Source: an uncultured Trueperaceae bacterium
Lineage (GTDB): Bacteria; Deinococcota; Deinococci; Deinococcales; Trueperaceae
NCBI GenBank assembly: GCA_963815215.1
Contig: CAWFFU010000006.1
Coordinates: forward strand, 1 to 16,775
DNA: 16,775 bases
Direction of reading: 5' to 3'
The position numbers and the translations under genes were made by a program. Numbering within the stretch: position 1 is the first letter of the stretch; every line of letters begins with the position of its first letter. Shown here one piece after another: positions 15,662 through 16,775 of this stretch. The notes under the pieces are model-generated. The model was not told the DNA's origin, did no database searches, and saw only the letters and a list, made by a program, of their open reading frames with translations.

Positions 15662-16775
15662 CTAGCTGGGGCCAGCTGGGGCCGCGGCCTCGATGCTCAC
15701 CTTGGCATCGTCGTGAGGTTCGCTCACGACGCAGTTCCTGCCCGAGCGCTTGCCGGCGTAGAGCGCCTCGTCGGCGGCCCGAACGACGGCTGCCGCACTG
15801 CGGGACGGAGCGCTGGCGGCAACGCCGAAGGTGCCGGTGACGCCGATCCAGTTCCCGGTCGCGCAGTCGATGTGACACTCGCGGACCGCTTCCAGCATCT
15901 TGAGAGCGGCGTAGTGCGCTCCGGCCCGCGTGCTGTTGGGGAACAGGACCAGGAACTCCTCGCCACCCCAGCGGCTGACGTGGTCGGTGTCGCGCACGGC
16001 TCCTTCGAGCACGCCGGCTACGGCTTCCAGGACGGCGTCGCCGCAGGCGTGCCCGTAGGAATCGTTGATACGCTTGAAGCGGTCGAGGTCGACCATGACG
16101 ACGGCGTAGCGCTCGCCGAGGTGTTGCATGCGAACCTGCGCTGCCTGCAGCAGGGTCTCGATGGCGCGCCGGTTGAACAGGCCGGTGAGGGGGTCACGGT
16201 TGGAGAGCTCCTCCAGGGTGAAGGTAGCGCGGCGCAGGCCGGCCTCGGCGTCGCCGGTGGCCCTGCCCACGATGACGGCCAGAACCGCCATGGTGGCGGC
16301 GAAGCTGACGGCGTTGAACACGCCGAGCACGTCCACGCCGGGCGCCACCGGCGCGGCCAGGGTGCCGGTGAGGTAGGCGTGGAGGGCCAGCAGGCCGTAG
16401 GCGCCGACGGTCGACGTGCACGCCACGGCCTTGGTTCGCCGTGACCAGCTGGGGTGGAGCACGAACAGCATCGGCAGGACGAGCAGGTAGTAGTGGAAGC
16501 CGCTCGTCCAGCCCAGGAGCAGGGTGGCGGTGACGAACAACAGGACGAGGTTCGTCACGGCCAGGAGGAACGCCCCGCGCTCGTGGCCGTTCCGGAGCAA
16601 TGCCCACACGGTCCCGTGCAGCGCCATGCTGCCGAAGTTGACCCACACCATCACCGTCAGGCCCAGCCCGATGAAGAGGGCGGCCAGTGCGAGGTGGATC
16701 GGGAGTGCGGCCCGCTGCATGCGCGTGAAGATCCAACGGAACCGTTCGTCGGCCAGTCGCGCCGAACCTTCGGGG
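15662..16775 (-). CDS. Membrane-bound diguanylate cyclase (GGDEF); probably 5'-truncated by the window edge
   Basis: About 5-6 N-terminal TM helices, then DPLTGLFNRR, DLDRFKRINDSYGH..GD, I-site RDTD, RWGGEEF and ADEALY.GK.SGRN. The frame stays open from ATG 16720 to the window end and 16720 has no SD. Confidence 0.92.
   Translation of the reverse strand, partial: PEGSARLADERFRWIFTRMQRAALPIHLALAALFIGLGLTVMVWVNFGSMALHGTVWALLRNGHERGAFLLAVTNLVLLFVTATLLLGWTSGFHYYLLVLPMLFVLHPSWSRRTKAVACTSTVGAYGLLALHAYLTGTLAAPVAPGVDVLGVFNAVSFAATMAVLAVIVGRATGDAEAGLRRATFTLEELSNRDPLTGLFNRRAIETLLQAAQVRMQHLGERYAVVMVDLDRFKRINDSYGHACGDAVLEAVAGVLEGAVRDTDHVSRWGGEEFLVLFPNSTRAGAHYAALKMLEAVRECHIDCATGNWIGVTGTFGVAASAPSRSAAAVVRAADEALYAGKRSGRNCVVSEPHDDAKVSIEAAAPAGPS

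Noticed and set aside
1..16775. Anti-phage defence system, prophage or IS element
   Set aside because: No integrase, transposase, nuclease, NTPase or phage structural motifs in any supported ORF; both methyltransferases look like small-molecule class I enzymes without DNA-methyltransferase motifs.

Overview
High-GC bacterial chromosomal segment of about 17 genes, with no rRNA, tRNA, CRISPR array or mobile element visible. A Deinococcota (Truepera-like) host is my inference from the protein style and the frequent leaderless TANNNT promoters; it is not proven. Left to right: a truncated exported Ig-like protein with a predicted N-terminal His (minus strand, missing from the ORF track), divergent from a membrane polyferredoxin (FesM/NosR-YccM-like); osmC; a cupin; an oligoendopeptidase F coupled to an MFS transporter (minus); a DUF4097 beta-helix exported protein; a SAM methyltransferase; an aldo/keto reductase; YbjQ plus a small membrane protein; a dienelactone-hydrolase-family protein; a PhzF-family isomerase; a 7-bladed SBBP propeller lipoprotein; a second methyltransferase; an NhaB Na+/H+ antiporter; and a membrane GGDEF protein that is open to the right edge. 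Best leads: a possible copper/redox module at the left end, an NhaB in an unexpected host, a 12-bp promoter element shared by osmC and nhaB, the YbjQ/small-protein pair with a structured leader, and four probable leaderless genes, two of which need new start codons.
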